Source of the DNA: Myxococcota bacterium
GTDB lineage: Bacteria; Myxococcota_A; UBA796; UBA2385
Reading direction: 5' to 3'
Assembly: GCA_044344255.1 (NCBI GenBank)
Contig: JBIJDH010000034.1
Location: 1-57,933 of the forward strand
Length of the DNA: 57,933 nt
Shown: one piece after another, positions 17,504-26,514 of the stretch
Numbering within the stretch: position 1 is the stretch's first letter
Layout: each line of letters starts with the position of its first letter
The notes under the pieces: model-generated
Databases searched by the model: none
What the model was told of the DNA's origin: nothing
Seen by the model: the letters and a program-made list of their open reading frames with translations, nothing else
Translations under genes and position numbers: made by a program

Positions 17504-18520
17504 ATGCCCCCTTCCACTCCCGACGAGAAGCCCTGGGTCCAAGTCGCGTACCGGGACCTGCTCTGGCTCGCGAGCCTCGGCCGTCCCCTTACCCATGGGG
17601 CGGCGGTGAATGCCGTTCAGGCAGCGCGACGGAGCCTGGGGCTGCTCCCCTACGCGGGCGGCCGGGCCTCCGACTTGGTCCAGCGATTCACCAAGGGCTA
17701 CGCCCTGTTCGAGCGACATGGTGGGGTACCCCTGTTCCTCAAGGCAGGGCCCAATCAGCTGATGCCGGTCGCCCGAAACTGGAAGGCGGACTGGCGCCTT
17801 TTGTATGCGCCCCGGCACGACGCCGTCCGGGCGATTGCCGACAGCGGCTCGCTCGGACTGGTATCCGCCACAACCGCCGTTCCAGCCGGCGATGCCGTCT
17901 GGCACTTCCGACCCCATGACCCGGTGCTGCCCGAGATCAACGTGGTGGTAGGAGTGGGAGAGGCCACCGCTGCCGAGCTCGCGCGCTTTGTTGCGGGTCG
18001 AAACGCCCAAGGACCGTCGCGCCGCTTCCTCCGGGGACTCCCTGGGGTCTACCTGTATTCGCGAGACAACCGGCTCTATGTTGGGCAGACCGAAGAGGTC
18101 ACCACACGCGAGCGTAGTCATCGTCGGATCGGCGCGATGGACTGGTTCGCTTTCTCCACCCCAGTCACGGAGGAACGGGCTCCCGATGCCAACGTGACAT
18201 CGGCCACCGAGGCTCTACTCATCCAGTTCTGGGGAGAGGTCACCCCGATGATGAACCGCTGCGGGGGCACCGATTCCGCGCCGGAGACGCTTACCGACCT
18301 GAGGGTCGCCGCAGGGCTGGCGACTTCGGCGGCTGCGGCCCTCCTGCGCCTCCATCGGGACGACGCGGGCGTCACTCTTCCCGTCCATCCCAAGCTCGTG
18401 CCCGGGTACTTCCAACTTGGCGGCTCACCCCTCCCGGCACCTGCCGCTGCGAAGGCCGCCGCTTCGGCCCGGCGGCGCCTGGAGAGGGACCCGGCGAGCG
18501 TACCGGGGGAGAGCTCCTGA
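17504..18520 (+). CDS. GIY-YIG nuclease domain-containing protein
   Basis: PGVYLY..DNRLYVGQTEEVTTRERSH...ATEALLIQ...MN. ATG at 17504 with AGAGG RBS. Confidence 0.65.
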   Translation: MPPSTPDEKPWVQVAYRDLLWLASLGRPLTHGAAVNAVQAARRSLGLLPYAGGRASDLVQRFTKGYALFERHGGVPLFLKAGPNQLMPVARNWKADWRLLYAPRHDAVRAIADSGSLGLVSATTAVPAGDAVWHFRPHDPVLPEINVVVGVGEATAAELARFVAGRNAQGPSRRFLRGLPGVYLYSRDNRLYVGQTEEVTTRERSHRRIGAMDWFAFSTPVTEERAPDANVTSATEALLIQFWGEVTPMMNRCGGTDSAPETLTDLRVAAGLATSAAAALLRLHRDDAGVTLPVHPKLVPGYFQLGGSPLPAPAAAKAAASARRRLERDPASVPGESS

Positions 18521-18676
18521 AGTCTGCGGAGGTGCGGTGGCCCGGCATCCCGGTGTGACATCTCAACATCCGCATCGGCCCATGGACTCTCCCGACGCGG
18601 CATCGCACCGTCCCCAAGGTCGCCTCGGGCCGGTACCCGACCGGGTCGATCGCATCCCCCTCCCCTTGGAAATCTC

Positions 18677-20197
18677 ATGAGCAGAAAAGAGATCGACCGT
18701 TCGTCACCCGCCTCCGCGGCCACGGCGCCGCAGCCGGGCTCCACGCCGCGCCGTGAAGGCGGACCCGTCCGACCCCGCGCCGCCTCGGCCTGGGCGCCGC
18801 GCCGGGGCCTTCTCCTGGCTCTCGTTCTGGCCTTCGGCTGCACATCCGACGGCGGCGACAAGGCCGGCGGCAACATCGACGACTCGGGGGTCGCCTCCGG
18901 CCATGACGGTGGCGGGGACGGCTCCGGCGCCGATGGCGCCGATGGCACCGACGGCGCCGACACCGGCGGCCCCGTGGACGCCGATGGCGACGGCTATGCC
19001 GAGGACGACTGCAACGACGAGGACGCCTCCATCCATCCAGGCGCCTCGGAGACCTGCGATGAGGTGGACCAGGACTGCGACGGCGCTACGGACGACGAGC
19101 CCACGGACGGCACCACCTGGTACCAGGACGCCGATGGGGACGGCTACGGAGATGCCGGAGCCCCGGTGGTCGCATGCACCCAGCCCGACGACACCGCCGC
19201 GACGGACGGTGACTGCAACGATGGGGACCCGAACTTCAGCCCCACCGCCACGGATGTGTACGGCGATGGCTACGACCAGAACTGCGATGGCATGGACGGA
19301 ATCGACGCCGATGGGGATGGGTGGCGCTCCATGGCCACGGAGGGGGACGACTGCAACGATGGTGACGCCTCCATCCACCCGGAGGCCACCGAGGTCGGCT
19401 GGGACGCGATCGACCAGGACTGTGATGGGGAGGACCTTCACGACTATGTGCAAGTCTCGGTGGGCTACTCCTTGGCCTGCGCCCTCGCCACGGATGCTCA
19501 TGTGGACTGCTGGGGGAGCCTCACCGAGGTGGTCCCCAGCGCCGCCTTCGAGCAGGTGAGCGCCTACCAGGGGCAGGCCTGCGGGGTCGAGGTGGGAGGG
19601 GCCGTCCAATGCTGGGGCGGCTCCCTCATCCCGCCGACGGATGCCTTCTCCCAGGTCTCCGTGCAGCGGTCCTATGCCTGCGGGGTGGAGACGGACGGCG
19701 ACCTCGCTTGCTGGGGCTCCGACACCTACTCGCTCACGGAGCCGCCCACCGGCAGCTTCACGCAGGTGGACGTTGGTCAGTACAACGCATGTGCCGTTGC
19801 AGCCGATGGCACCCTGGCCTGCTGGGGCTTGACGAGCCACGAGGTGGACGAGCCCCCCAGCGGCACCTTTTCGCGGGTCGCGATGGGGCACAGCTATGCA
19901 TGCGCCCTCGACACGGTGGGCGCGGTTCGGTGCTGGGGCGACAGCAGCTACTTCGAGGGGACCACGCCGCCAGCGGGCACCTATGTGGACGTGACGGTCG
20001 GCTACTACACGGCCTGCGCCCTCTCCACCACCGGCGCCATCCAGTGTTGGGGCGGCGACTACTACGATCTGTTGACGCCACCCGGCGGGGCCGCCCAGGA
20101 CATCGACCTGCGCCACAAGACCGCGTGCTCCATCGATGCCACGGGGGAGATCCTCTGCTGGGGCGACGACGGCTTCGGGGTGGACACCCCTCCGTAG
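18677..20197 (+). CDS. lipoprotein with MopE-like putative metal-binding repeats and RCC1/BLIP-II-like repeats
   Basis: Lipobox LAFGC. Three DADGDG..DC[ND]D...[IF].P.A....DQ[DN]CDG repeats. Repeated VSVG..ACA...G...CWG units. Confidence 0.9.
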   Translation: MSRKEIDRSSPASAATAPQPGSTPRREGGPVRPRAASAWAPRRGLLLALVLAFGCTSDGGDKAGGNIDDSGVASGHDGGGDGSGADGADGTDGADTGGPVDADGDGYAEDDCNDEDASIHPGASETCDEVDQDCDGATDDEPTDGTTWYQDADGDGYGDAGAPVVACTQPDDTAATDGDCNDGDPNFSPTATDVYGDGYDQNCDGMDGIDADGDGWRSMATEGDDCNDGDASIHPEATEVGWDAIDQDCDGEDLHDYVQVSVGYSLACALATDAHVDCWGSLTEVVPSAAFEQVSAYQGQACGVEVGGAVQCWGGSLIPPTDAFSQVSVQRSYACGVETDGDLACWGSDTYSLTEPPTGSFTQVDVGQYNACAVAADGTLACWGLTSHEVDEPPSGTFSRVAMGHSYACALDTVGAVRCWGDSSYFEGTTPPAGTYVDVTVGYYTACALSTTGAIQCWGGDYYDLLTPPGGAAQDIDLRHKTACSIDATGEILCWGDDGFGVDTPP

Positions 20198-20323
20198 GGG
20201 TCCACCCCCTTGGGCCCTCTCTACTGATGCTGGCTCCGTTCACCGCGGAGCGGTTGAGGGTCTGCCCGTCCGGAAGTCGGCCGGACCTTCAGCGGTGCCA
20301 GCTTCCATTGCGAACCCGAGGCG

Positions 20324-22198
20324 CTATCGCGACCGAACCAAGCGGACGCCAATGTCGGCCCAGCGCCCGGACTTCCAGCGGGCAGGGGTGGCGCCGATGT
20401 CCTTCCTATAGCTGAGGCGGCTGTGGAGCGCCGCCTCACCGTCGCGCTCGTCTAGCCACTCGGCGGCGTTCCCATCCCAGTGGTAGAGGCCGCCGGCCCA
20501 CCAGCGGAGGTCCCGCACCGGGGCCGGCCCGGCCACGTCGTCGCGCCCGCCCTCGCAGGACCATGCGAGGCGGGCCTGCTGCACAGCGGGCACGGCGAAG
20601 AAGGCCTCGTGGTCGGCGAGGTTTCCGCGGGCGCATGGATCGTCCGGTGGACCGTCGGGCCAGATGAGTGCGGTAATCTCCGTATGCTCAGTCTCGGTGG
20701 GGAAGCGCCAGCCGTCGGCCTCGGGGTCGCGGCGGCCCCCCGCGCAATCGGGGCCGAGGTCGGGCCAAGCGGGGCGGAGGCCATCCCGGCGGGAGAGGGC
20801 GTTCGCAGCCCGGGCCGCGTCGCACCAAGACAAGCAGACCGCCGGGAGATCGGCCCCAGCGACGAGGAGTCCGAGGTCGGTGTCGCAGTCGAGGGGCGCC
20901 GGCCGGCCCATGAGCGCGGCCCACTCGGCTTGGCTGAGCTCGGTGCGCCGGACGAGGAGCTCCCCCCCGGCGAGGGAGAAGGAGGCGACGGGAGACAGGG
21001 CACGCCAGACAAGCCCTGCTCCCAGGCCGAGCAGCAGCAGGGCGGCGAGCAGGGGCCCGCGCCACCGGTGGAGCAGCCGGGACAGCTCGAACCGGGTGAG
21101 CCGAAGCCCGAGCTCCCGCGCGGAGCCCGCCCTTGCCAGCAGCCAGCCGGCCTCCCCGCCGAGCAACTCCTGGAGGAGGGGAAGGAGGGCCGCCTCGTCC
21201 TCGGCGATGGAGGCCACCGCTGCGGGGTCGACGAGCAGGGCACCTGCGCCCGGGAGGACCACGAGGTTGCGCAACGCGAGATCGCCGTGGGCTGCTCCCC
21301 GACGGTGCAGGTGGCCGAGGACCTGGAGGAGGTTTCGGGCGAGACGGTGCCGCTCCCCCGCCGGCGGTCGGGCGCGGAGCCAGTCACGGGCCGGCTCGCC
21401 GCAGGGGGAGAGCACGAGGAAGGGTCGCCCGTCGCGAACTCCGTGGTCGACCACGGCGGGGAAACCGGGGCCCTGGAGCGCCTGGAGCCGCACCTCGTAT
21501 CGGGCGGCCTCGTCGGGCTTGCGGCTCCAGCGGAAAGCCACCGCGGCTCCGTTTTCGGCGGTCGCGCGGTAGACCCGCGCCTCGACTCCGTCGCCGAGTA
21601 GTGCTCCGAGGCGATAGACCCCGCGGTCGCCCCGCCAGTCCAGGGAGAGGGCGAGGCCCTGGGCCTGGAGCCAGTCTTCCCAGTCCGGTGAGAGGGCATC
21701 CTCGCCGTCTTCGGCCTCGCCGTTCTCCTCTCCCCGGAGGGCCAGCCGCAGGCTGTGGAGAAGGGAGGGACCGAGGTCGCGGGGGACGGCGGGGTCACCG
21801 ATTCGGAGCCCCTCGCCCATCCGCTCCAGGGCGGCAAGGCGAGGCGCCTCCACTCCTTCGGCGGCCGCCCAGTCGCGGAGGAGGGGGACGGCTGCCTCCA
21901 GCAGCCGGGCCCGCTCCGCGATCTCCGGCTCCGCCCGCAGGGCCTCCACGAGGCGGATACCGCCCAGGGCGGTCGCGAACCAGGGCTCCGGCCTCTCCCC
22001 CGAGGCGACGGCGGGCGCCACCGGCAGCCCGGCAAGGGACAGCCGCTCCAGCCGGGCCTGCAGGGCCGCGGGCGCCGGACAGAAGCGGAGGCGGGCGGTG
22101 CAGTTGCCGAGGCGGGCGAGGTAGACTGGGCCGAAGCTCGGGTCCTCCACCTGGAGGCCGAGAGGAGCCTCCGCCGGGGGCTCAGCGGAGCGAGGCAT
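20324..22198 (-). CDS. Ser/Thr kinase-like + TM + degenerate FGE-sulfatase domain protein
   Basis: LGDGVEARVY, HGDLALRNL, TM segment LLAALLLLGLGAGLVW, TELSQAEW, WRFPTETE, GNAAEW, GVRLVR. Start uncertain. Confidence 0.78.
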   Translation of the reverse strand: MPRSAEPPAEAPLGLQVEDPSFGPVYLARLGNCTARLRFCPAPAALQARLERLSLAGLPVAPAVASGERPEPWFATALGGIRLVEALRAEPEIAERARLLEAAVPLLRDWAAAEGVEAPRLAALERMGEGLRIGDPAVPRDLGPSLLHSLRLALRGEENGEAEDGEDALSPDWEDWLQAQGLALSLDWRGDRGVYRLGALLGDGVEARVYRATAENGAAVAFRWSRKPDEAARYEVRLQALQGPGFPAVVDHGVRDGRPFLVLSPCGEPARDWLRARPPAGERHRLARNLLQVLGHLHRRGAAHGDLALRNLVVLPGAGALLVDPAAVASIAEDEAALLPLLQELLGGEAGWLLARAGSARELGLRLTRFELSRLLHRWRGPLLAALLLLGLGAGLVWRALSPVASFSLAGGELLVRRTELSQAEWAALMGRPAPLDCDTDLGLLVAGADLPAVCLSWCDAARAANALSRRDGLRPAWPDLGPDCAGGRRDPEADGWRFPTETEHTEITALIWPDGPPDDPCARGNLADHEAFFAVPAVQQARLAWSCEGGRDDVAGPAPVRDLRWWAGGLYHWDGNAAEWLDERDGEAALHSRLSYRKDIGATPARWKSGRWADIGVRLVRSR

Positions 22199-23141
22199 GG
22201 AGATCCCCAGGGTGAAGCTGACCATAGGCCTCAAGCCCTTCGAGCTCTTCGAGGGCGCCCTCATCGGCCGGGCCCGCGGGGCCCAGGCGCGGGTGCACGA
22301 CCCGCGGGTGTCGGAGGCCCACGCCCTCCTTAGTGTGCGCGACGGGGCCTGGTGGCTGCTCGCCCTGCGTGGTCCGCTCGAAGATGTGGACGGTAGGCCC
22401 CTCGGCACCGCGGTCCGGCTCCAGCCGGGGCTCTGCCTCCGCCTCGGCGCCGGCCCCAACGTGGAGGTGGTCTCGCTCCCGACTGTCCCCGAGGGAGGGT
22501 CCCTCGCCACAGACCAGCAGCTCTGGCCGGTGCTGGAAGGCAGCCACGTCTATCTGCGCGGTGAGGGCTGGGCGGAGCGGGACGACTACCAGGACGAGGA
22601 GGTCGAGGGTGTGCTCAGCCGCGACGGGGAGCAGGGCTGGACCTGGCAGCCGCGGGGAGGTCCGGCCCAGCGGTTGGCAGAAGGCGCGCGCCTGCGGGCC
22701 GGGGACCGGGAGTGGATCTGGCGGATGGGCCATGGCACCTGGACTCGTGGCGACCTCCAACTCCGGTGTCGCGGGGAAAGGGTGGAACTCGTGCGGGGTG
22801 GCGCTGTGCTGGTCCTTGAAGGGCTCATCGGACAGCTCGTCGCGGAGCTCGCCCGAGAGGAGCGGGAGAACCCGGGGGTGGGCCTCTCCAATCACTCGCT
22901 TCAGCTCCGGCTGTACGCCGACTGCCTGGCCGACGCGGGGGGCACCGCCCGAAACCGGATCGTGACCCTCCGCGGTCGAACCAACAAGGAGGCCGAGGGT
23001 CTCGTCCCGGAGGGCCTCATCTTCACGCGGGAGGGCCGCAACCGCCTGCGCATCGACCCGGCCCACATCGATCCCGGCGCGGTGGAGCCGGCGGTGCCCC
23101 CGCTCAGCGACGGACGGGGCAGTCGACATGGGGGATCCTGA
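22197..23141 (+). CDS. FHA domain protein with probable C-terminal winged-HTH
   Basis: LIGR...DPRVSEAHALL FHA motif. C-terminal LQLRLY...RNRIVTLRGR resembles an OmpR-type output domain. Confidence 0.75.
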   Translation: MEIPRVKLTIGLKPFELFEGALIGRARGAQARVHDPRVSEAHALLSVRDGAWWLLALRGPLEDVDGRPLGTAVRLQPGLCLRLGAGPNVEVVSLPTVPEGGSLATDQQLWPVLEGSHVYLRGEGWAERDDYQDEEVEGVLSRDGEQGWTWQPRGGPAQRLAEGARLRAGDREWIWRMGHGTWTRGDLQLRCRGERVELVRGGAVLVLEGLIGQLVAELAREERENPGVGLSNHSLQLRLYADCLADAGGTARNRIVTLRGRTNKEAEGLVPEGLIFTREGRNRLRIDPAHIDPGAVEPAVPPLSDGRGSRHGGS

Positions 23142-23544
23142 GCTCCATCTCCGCGTCGGGGTCTGTCCATCGGCAGCCGTCGTTGCCCTTGTCGTGCCGG
23201 GGCTCGAAGAGGAAGAGGTGGTAGACCACGTCCCCATCGGGGGCTCCCCAGACCTCGGCCCCCGGGTCGAGCAGCAGGACGTCCTTGTCCGAGGCGAGGC
23301 GCGACGCCCCGATGGGGTTCGCGGCCCCGGGGAACTGGATGGTTTCGCCCTTGTCCGTCTTCGCGCAGACCCACCCTTCCCGTCCACGGACGCGGATCCG
23401 AAAGAGCTCCCCGGAGCAGACGGCGGTGGCGGGTCGCCAGTCGGCAGTGCAGCCGGCCACCGTAGGGCCCGCCGGGGGGCAACGCGTCTCGACGGTCACC
23501 GTCATGGTCGGGATAGCTGCGGCAAGGAGGAGCATCAGGATCAT
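23104..23544 (-). CDS. small secreted Cys-containing protein
   Basis: Signal-like MILMLLLAAA. Six Cys. ATGA-coupled to the caspase gene. Confidence 0.7.
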   Translation of the reverse strand: MILMLLLAAAIPTMTVTVETRCPPAGPTVAGCTADWRPATAVCSGELFRIRVRGREGWVCAKTDKGETIQFPGAANPIGASRLASDKDVLLLDPGAEVWGAPDGDVVYHLFLFEPRHDKGNDGCRWTDPDAEMELRIPHVDCPVRR

Positions 23545-25268
23545 GAGACGGACCGGACGAGGCGAACACCAAGGGCACTCCCCCGGGCGGAAACCGGGAT
23601 CGAGCTCCGGACGCTCACCCCCGCGACGGCGGGGTGGAGGTGCGCGGAGCCGCCGCGGGCTACCCGGGAGTGCTTTTGTTGAAGATCCGCCTGTGTTTCA
23701 CCGCGGCCGCCCCTGCTCCGATCGTAGCGATCCCAGCACCACTCCTTTACATTTCCGGTGAGGTGGCAAAAGCCGCCCTGATTCCCACTGTCCGCAGGAG
23801 CAAGATTAGGCCATTCGTCTTCCTGGGCCGTGTTCGCACCGGTAATTAGCTCTTCCATGCTGTCCATTCCACCGGCAAAAGGCGTGCGGTATTGGCCGCT
23901 CGACAGTCGTGCTGCCACCTCCCATTCGTCCTCGGTTGGCAGACGCCAGCCGTCCGCTCCCGGCACCTGCTCCACCTTGACCACTTCGCCCCTTTCGTCG
24001 CGGATGAAGCGATAGGCTTTGCGGAGGCTGGAACCCGCACCGTTGCAGAGGTCGGTTGAGGCATTGGCGAAAAGAACACTATCCAACCAGGATATGTTGA
24101 CCATAGGCAAATCCGCTCCTATGTAGTCCCTGTCAGAGATGCGCTCCGTCACAGACAGCAGCCCTACCGACTTACCTGCCAGGCGCTCCCAGAGTGCTTG
24201 AGTCACCTCGGTACGCATCATTCGGTAGGGTGCCACCGTCGCGTGGATTACACCGTCGTCCCATCCACAAGGGCGACCGCCCTCATCGTCCACTTCAGGG
24301 ACGCAACCGAGCAACACTGGGCCGTCCGGGTCCAAGAGCACAGTCACCACGCCGAGGATGGCATCGGGGTCGGCCCCACGACTCTCACCCGGACTCAAAG
24401 GCACCAGAACAACGGGCTGCTCCAAATAATTCACGTTGGCCGGTCGCTGCCGCCCGGTCGTGGTTCGGATTACCTCCCGTCGGGCCTGGGAGAGCGCGTC
24501 GCTCACGCTCACCCCAGGCGCAAAGAGGTACTTGAGCAGCGCCGCGGTGTAGGGGCTGTTGACAGCTTTGTCGTTGGCGATCTCAAAGGCTCGGGCACCG
24601 GGCTCGGTGGCGAAGCCCACCGTAGTGTTCCTCGACACCTTTCCGCTAATTGTGGCCAGCCCCCCTTCGTCAGATCCTCCCCCTTTGCCATCGGGTCGGT
24701 TTCGGCAGCAGTCGAGGAGAACCACCACGGGCGGCCCTTCGCTCAAGCTCCCCCCTCCGGCCTGTGGTCGGGCGGCGTCAATAACGGAGTAGATTTCCTT
24801 CACGGGGAAAACGAGAGAGAATTGTCCATCATAGATGGGGACATCGGTGATGGGGACGATGTAGTTCTCACCGGTAAGTTCGTCGCGAAACCCATGAGCC
24901 GAGATGAAGAGCGCGCCCTCGTCCGCCTCCTGGAGAGCCGCGCCGAACAGACCAATCGCCACAGAAAGCTCATCGCGGGTGCAATCCACCCAGACCTTAC
25001 CTCCCACGAGACTGTAGCCGCACTCACCCAGCTTTGCAGCCATCGCTCTGGCGTCCGCCTCAGCGAGCTGAAGACGTTGGAAGTTGGACTTCTCTTTGTA
25101 CCTTTGAATCCCGGCGACCAACGCCACTTTGCTTCCGGTCACGGTGCCCGGTGGGTACCGCACTCCCTTCGCACCTTCCGGGCTGGGCCGTGCCAGCGCC
25201 GGGGTCAGGACCGACGAGGCGAGTGCGGTGGCGCTGGCGGCGCCGAGGAGGAGCTGGCGACGGTTCAT
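23541..25268 (-). CDS. Tat-exported caspase-family (peptidase C14) + FGE-sulfatase domain fusion
   Basis: Tat signal MNRRQLLLGA. ALVAGIQRY, catalytic FISAHG and LLDCCRN, NSPYTAALL, QRP. FGE motifs TEVTQ, WRLPTEDEWE, GNVKEWCWD, RGGS, GVRLVR. Confidence 0.92.
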   Translation of the reverse strand: MNRRQLLLGAASATALASSVLTPALARPSPEGAKGVRYPPGTVTGSKVALVAGIQRYKEKSNFQRLQLAEADARAMAAKLGECGYSLVGGKVWVDCTRDELSVAIGLFGAALQEADEGALFISAHGFRDELTGENYIVPITDVPIYDGQFSLVFPVKEIYSVIDAARPQAGGGSLSEGPPVVVLLDCCRNRPDGKGGGSDEGGLATISGKVSRNTTVGFATEPGARAFEIANDKAVNSPYTAALLKYLFAPGVSVSDALSQARREVIRTTTGRQRPANVNYLEQPVVLVPLSPGESRGADPDAILGVVTVLLDPDGPVLLGCVPEVDDEGGRPCGWDDGVIHATVAPYRMMRTEVTQALWERLAGKSVGLLSVTERISDRDYIGADLPMVNISWLDSVLFANASTDLCNGAGSSLRKAYRFIRDERGEVVKVEQVPGADGWRLPTEDEWEVAARLSSGQYRTPFAGGMDSMEELITGANTAQEDEWPNLAPADSGNQGGFCHLTGNVKEWCWDRYDRSRGGRGETQADLQQKHSRVARGGSAHLHPAVAGVSVRSSIPVSARGSALGVRLVRSVS

Positions 25269-25297
25269 CGGAATCGACCTCTGGAACAGAGTGAAGC

Positions 25298-25807
25298 TTA
25301 CTCCGCAGCATGCCGGTGGAGCAGGGCGAAGTCCACGGTGATCGGATCACCGGCCCGGAGGTGCCGCGGGGCGGCGGGGAGGAGCACGGACTTGTAGACG
25401 AGGCTGATGATGGGGCCGGGATCGGAGGGCGCTCCCGCCTCGACCGGCGCCGCGACCACCGGCTCGTCGGGCCGCACGGCGAGGGTGAATCGCTCCCAGC
25501 CGGTGGGCGGCACCACCTCGCACCAGCCTTCGGCGGGGAAGCGCCGATCCTCGCCGGCCTCCACCCGGGGCGGGCCCAGGGCCGCATCCCAGAGAGGGTT
25601 CTCATCGCCGGCGGTGCCGTGGTTCCACAGGCGGGCCTCACCAGAGACGGGGGAGCGTAGCCAAAAGGCAACCTGGTCGCCATCCTCGATGGGCGCGCCG
25701 GGCCCCTGCACGAAGGAGCGCCCCCCGCGCTGCACCTCCACGCGGAGGAGGGGCCCTGTCGCCTCTCCCGGCAGGAGGAGCGACAGCAGCAGGACGAGAG
25801 GCCTCAC
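25298..25807 (-). CDS. secreted DUF4384-like (Ig-like) protein
   Basis: Signal MRPLVLLLSLLLP. IEDGDQVAFWLRSPVSGEARLWNHGTAG..NPLW...RFP...PPTGWERF matches the DUF4384 pattern. GTGA-coupled to the upstream gene. Confidence 0.65.
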   Translation of the reverse strand: MRPLVLLLSLLLPGEATGPLLRVEVQRGGRSFVQGPGAPIEDGDQVAFWLRSPVSGEARLWNHGTAGDENPLWDAALGPPRVEAGEDRRFPAEGWCEVVPPTGWERFTLAVRPDEPVVAAPVEAGAPSDPGPIISLVYKSVLLPAAPRHLRAGDPITVDFALLHRHAAE

Positions 25808-26514
25808 CGACCACCCCGATGGGGGTCTACCGAGTTCGTACGCAGCCCGATGGCCACATGGCCGCTCACGCTATAGCCATAGGTGGTCTCGGCCACCCGG
25901 TTGCCGTTCCCCTCGAGCTTCCCGACCATCGGGCGAAGGAGCCCGTGGACATCGGTGTAGCGCCCGGCCTCAATGCCCACCTCCATGCCTTCGGCCACGA
26001 GGAGACCGGAAACGATGCGCAGCGGGCTGCCCGCGCGCTCCAGGGTCTCCAGGCAAGCGGCGGTGGGCACGAGGCTACCAAGGGCCACCTGCTCGACGCC
26101 GACCCCAACGAGCCGGGCGGAGACGATGAGCCGGGCCCCGCCCGCTGCCTCCACGGTGCCCACCTTGCCGGAGAGCTCGCGGGCCTGGAGGTTCCAGCTC
26201 CCCTGGTCCGCGCTCGTATAGGAGGGCAGGGCCACGGCGCTGTGCTCGACCGGCACCCGCTCGTAGCAGTCCTCCCCACCCATGAACTTCGCCCCGTTCG
26301 GGAGCTGGAGGTCGCCCAGGTGGAGGTCGCCCCGGGGGGCAGTCGGCTGGTAGCCCGCCTTCTCGGTGAGCGAGGCGAGGCCGGCCAAGGGGTCGTCGAG
26401 CACAGCGCCGACCGTGTCCGACAAGGTAGCGCGAGTCGCCTTCACCTCGTGGGCGAGGCAGCCGGAGAGCAAGGCAGCCAGGAGCGAGAAGAGGCCTGCG
26501 GGGTTGTTGCGCAT
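25804..26514 (-). CDS. lipoprotein with gasdermin-like motif pattern
   Basis: ATG at 26514 with GGAGG RBS. Lipobox LSG-C19. Segments DDPL..L.EKAGY..APRGDLHLGDL, LRIVSGLLVAEGMEV and HVAIGLR are colinear with bacterial gasdermin motifs (by eye). Confidence 0.65.
   Translation of the reverse strand: MRNNPAGLFSLLAALLSGCLAHEVKATRATLSDTVGAVLDDPLAGLASLTEKAGYQPTAPRGDLHLGDLQLPNGAKFMGGEDCYERVPVEHSAVALPSYTSADQGSWNLQARELSGKVGTVEAAGGARLIVSARLVGVGVEQVALGSLVPTAACLETLERAGSPLRIVSGLLVAEGMEVGIEAGRYTDVHGLLRPMVGKLEGNGNRVAETTYGYSVSGHVAIGLRTNSVDPHRGGR

Larger units (their letters stand above)
3793..18520. mobile_element. putative integrative element (large serine recombinase, DUF2924, replication module, regulators); boundaries approximate
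   Basis: Minus-strand run xis-DUF927-polA-like-small ORF-DUF2924-recombinase-accessory gene with several 4-bp start/stop overlaps. No att sites identified. Confidence 0.6.

Noticed and set aside
20324..23660. DGR-type variable repeats in the other two FGE genes
   Set aside because: Their C-termini lack the NNC/Tyr-rich pattern seen at 1039-1165.
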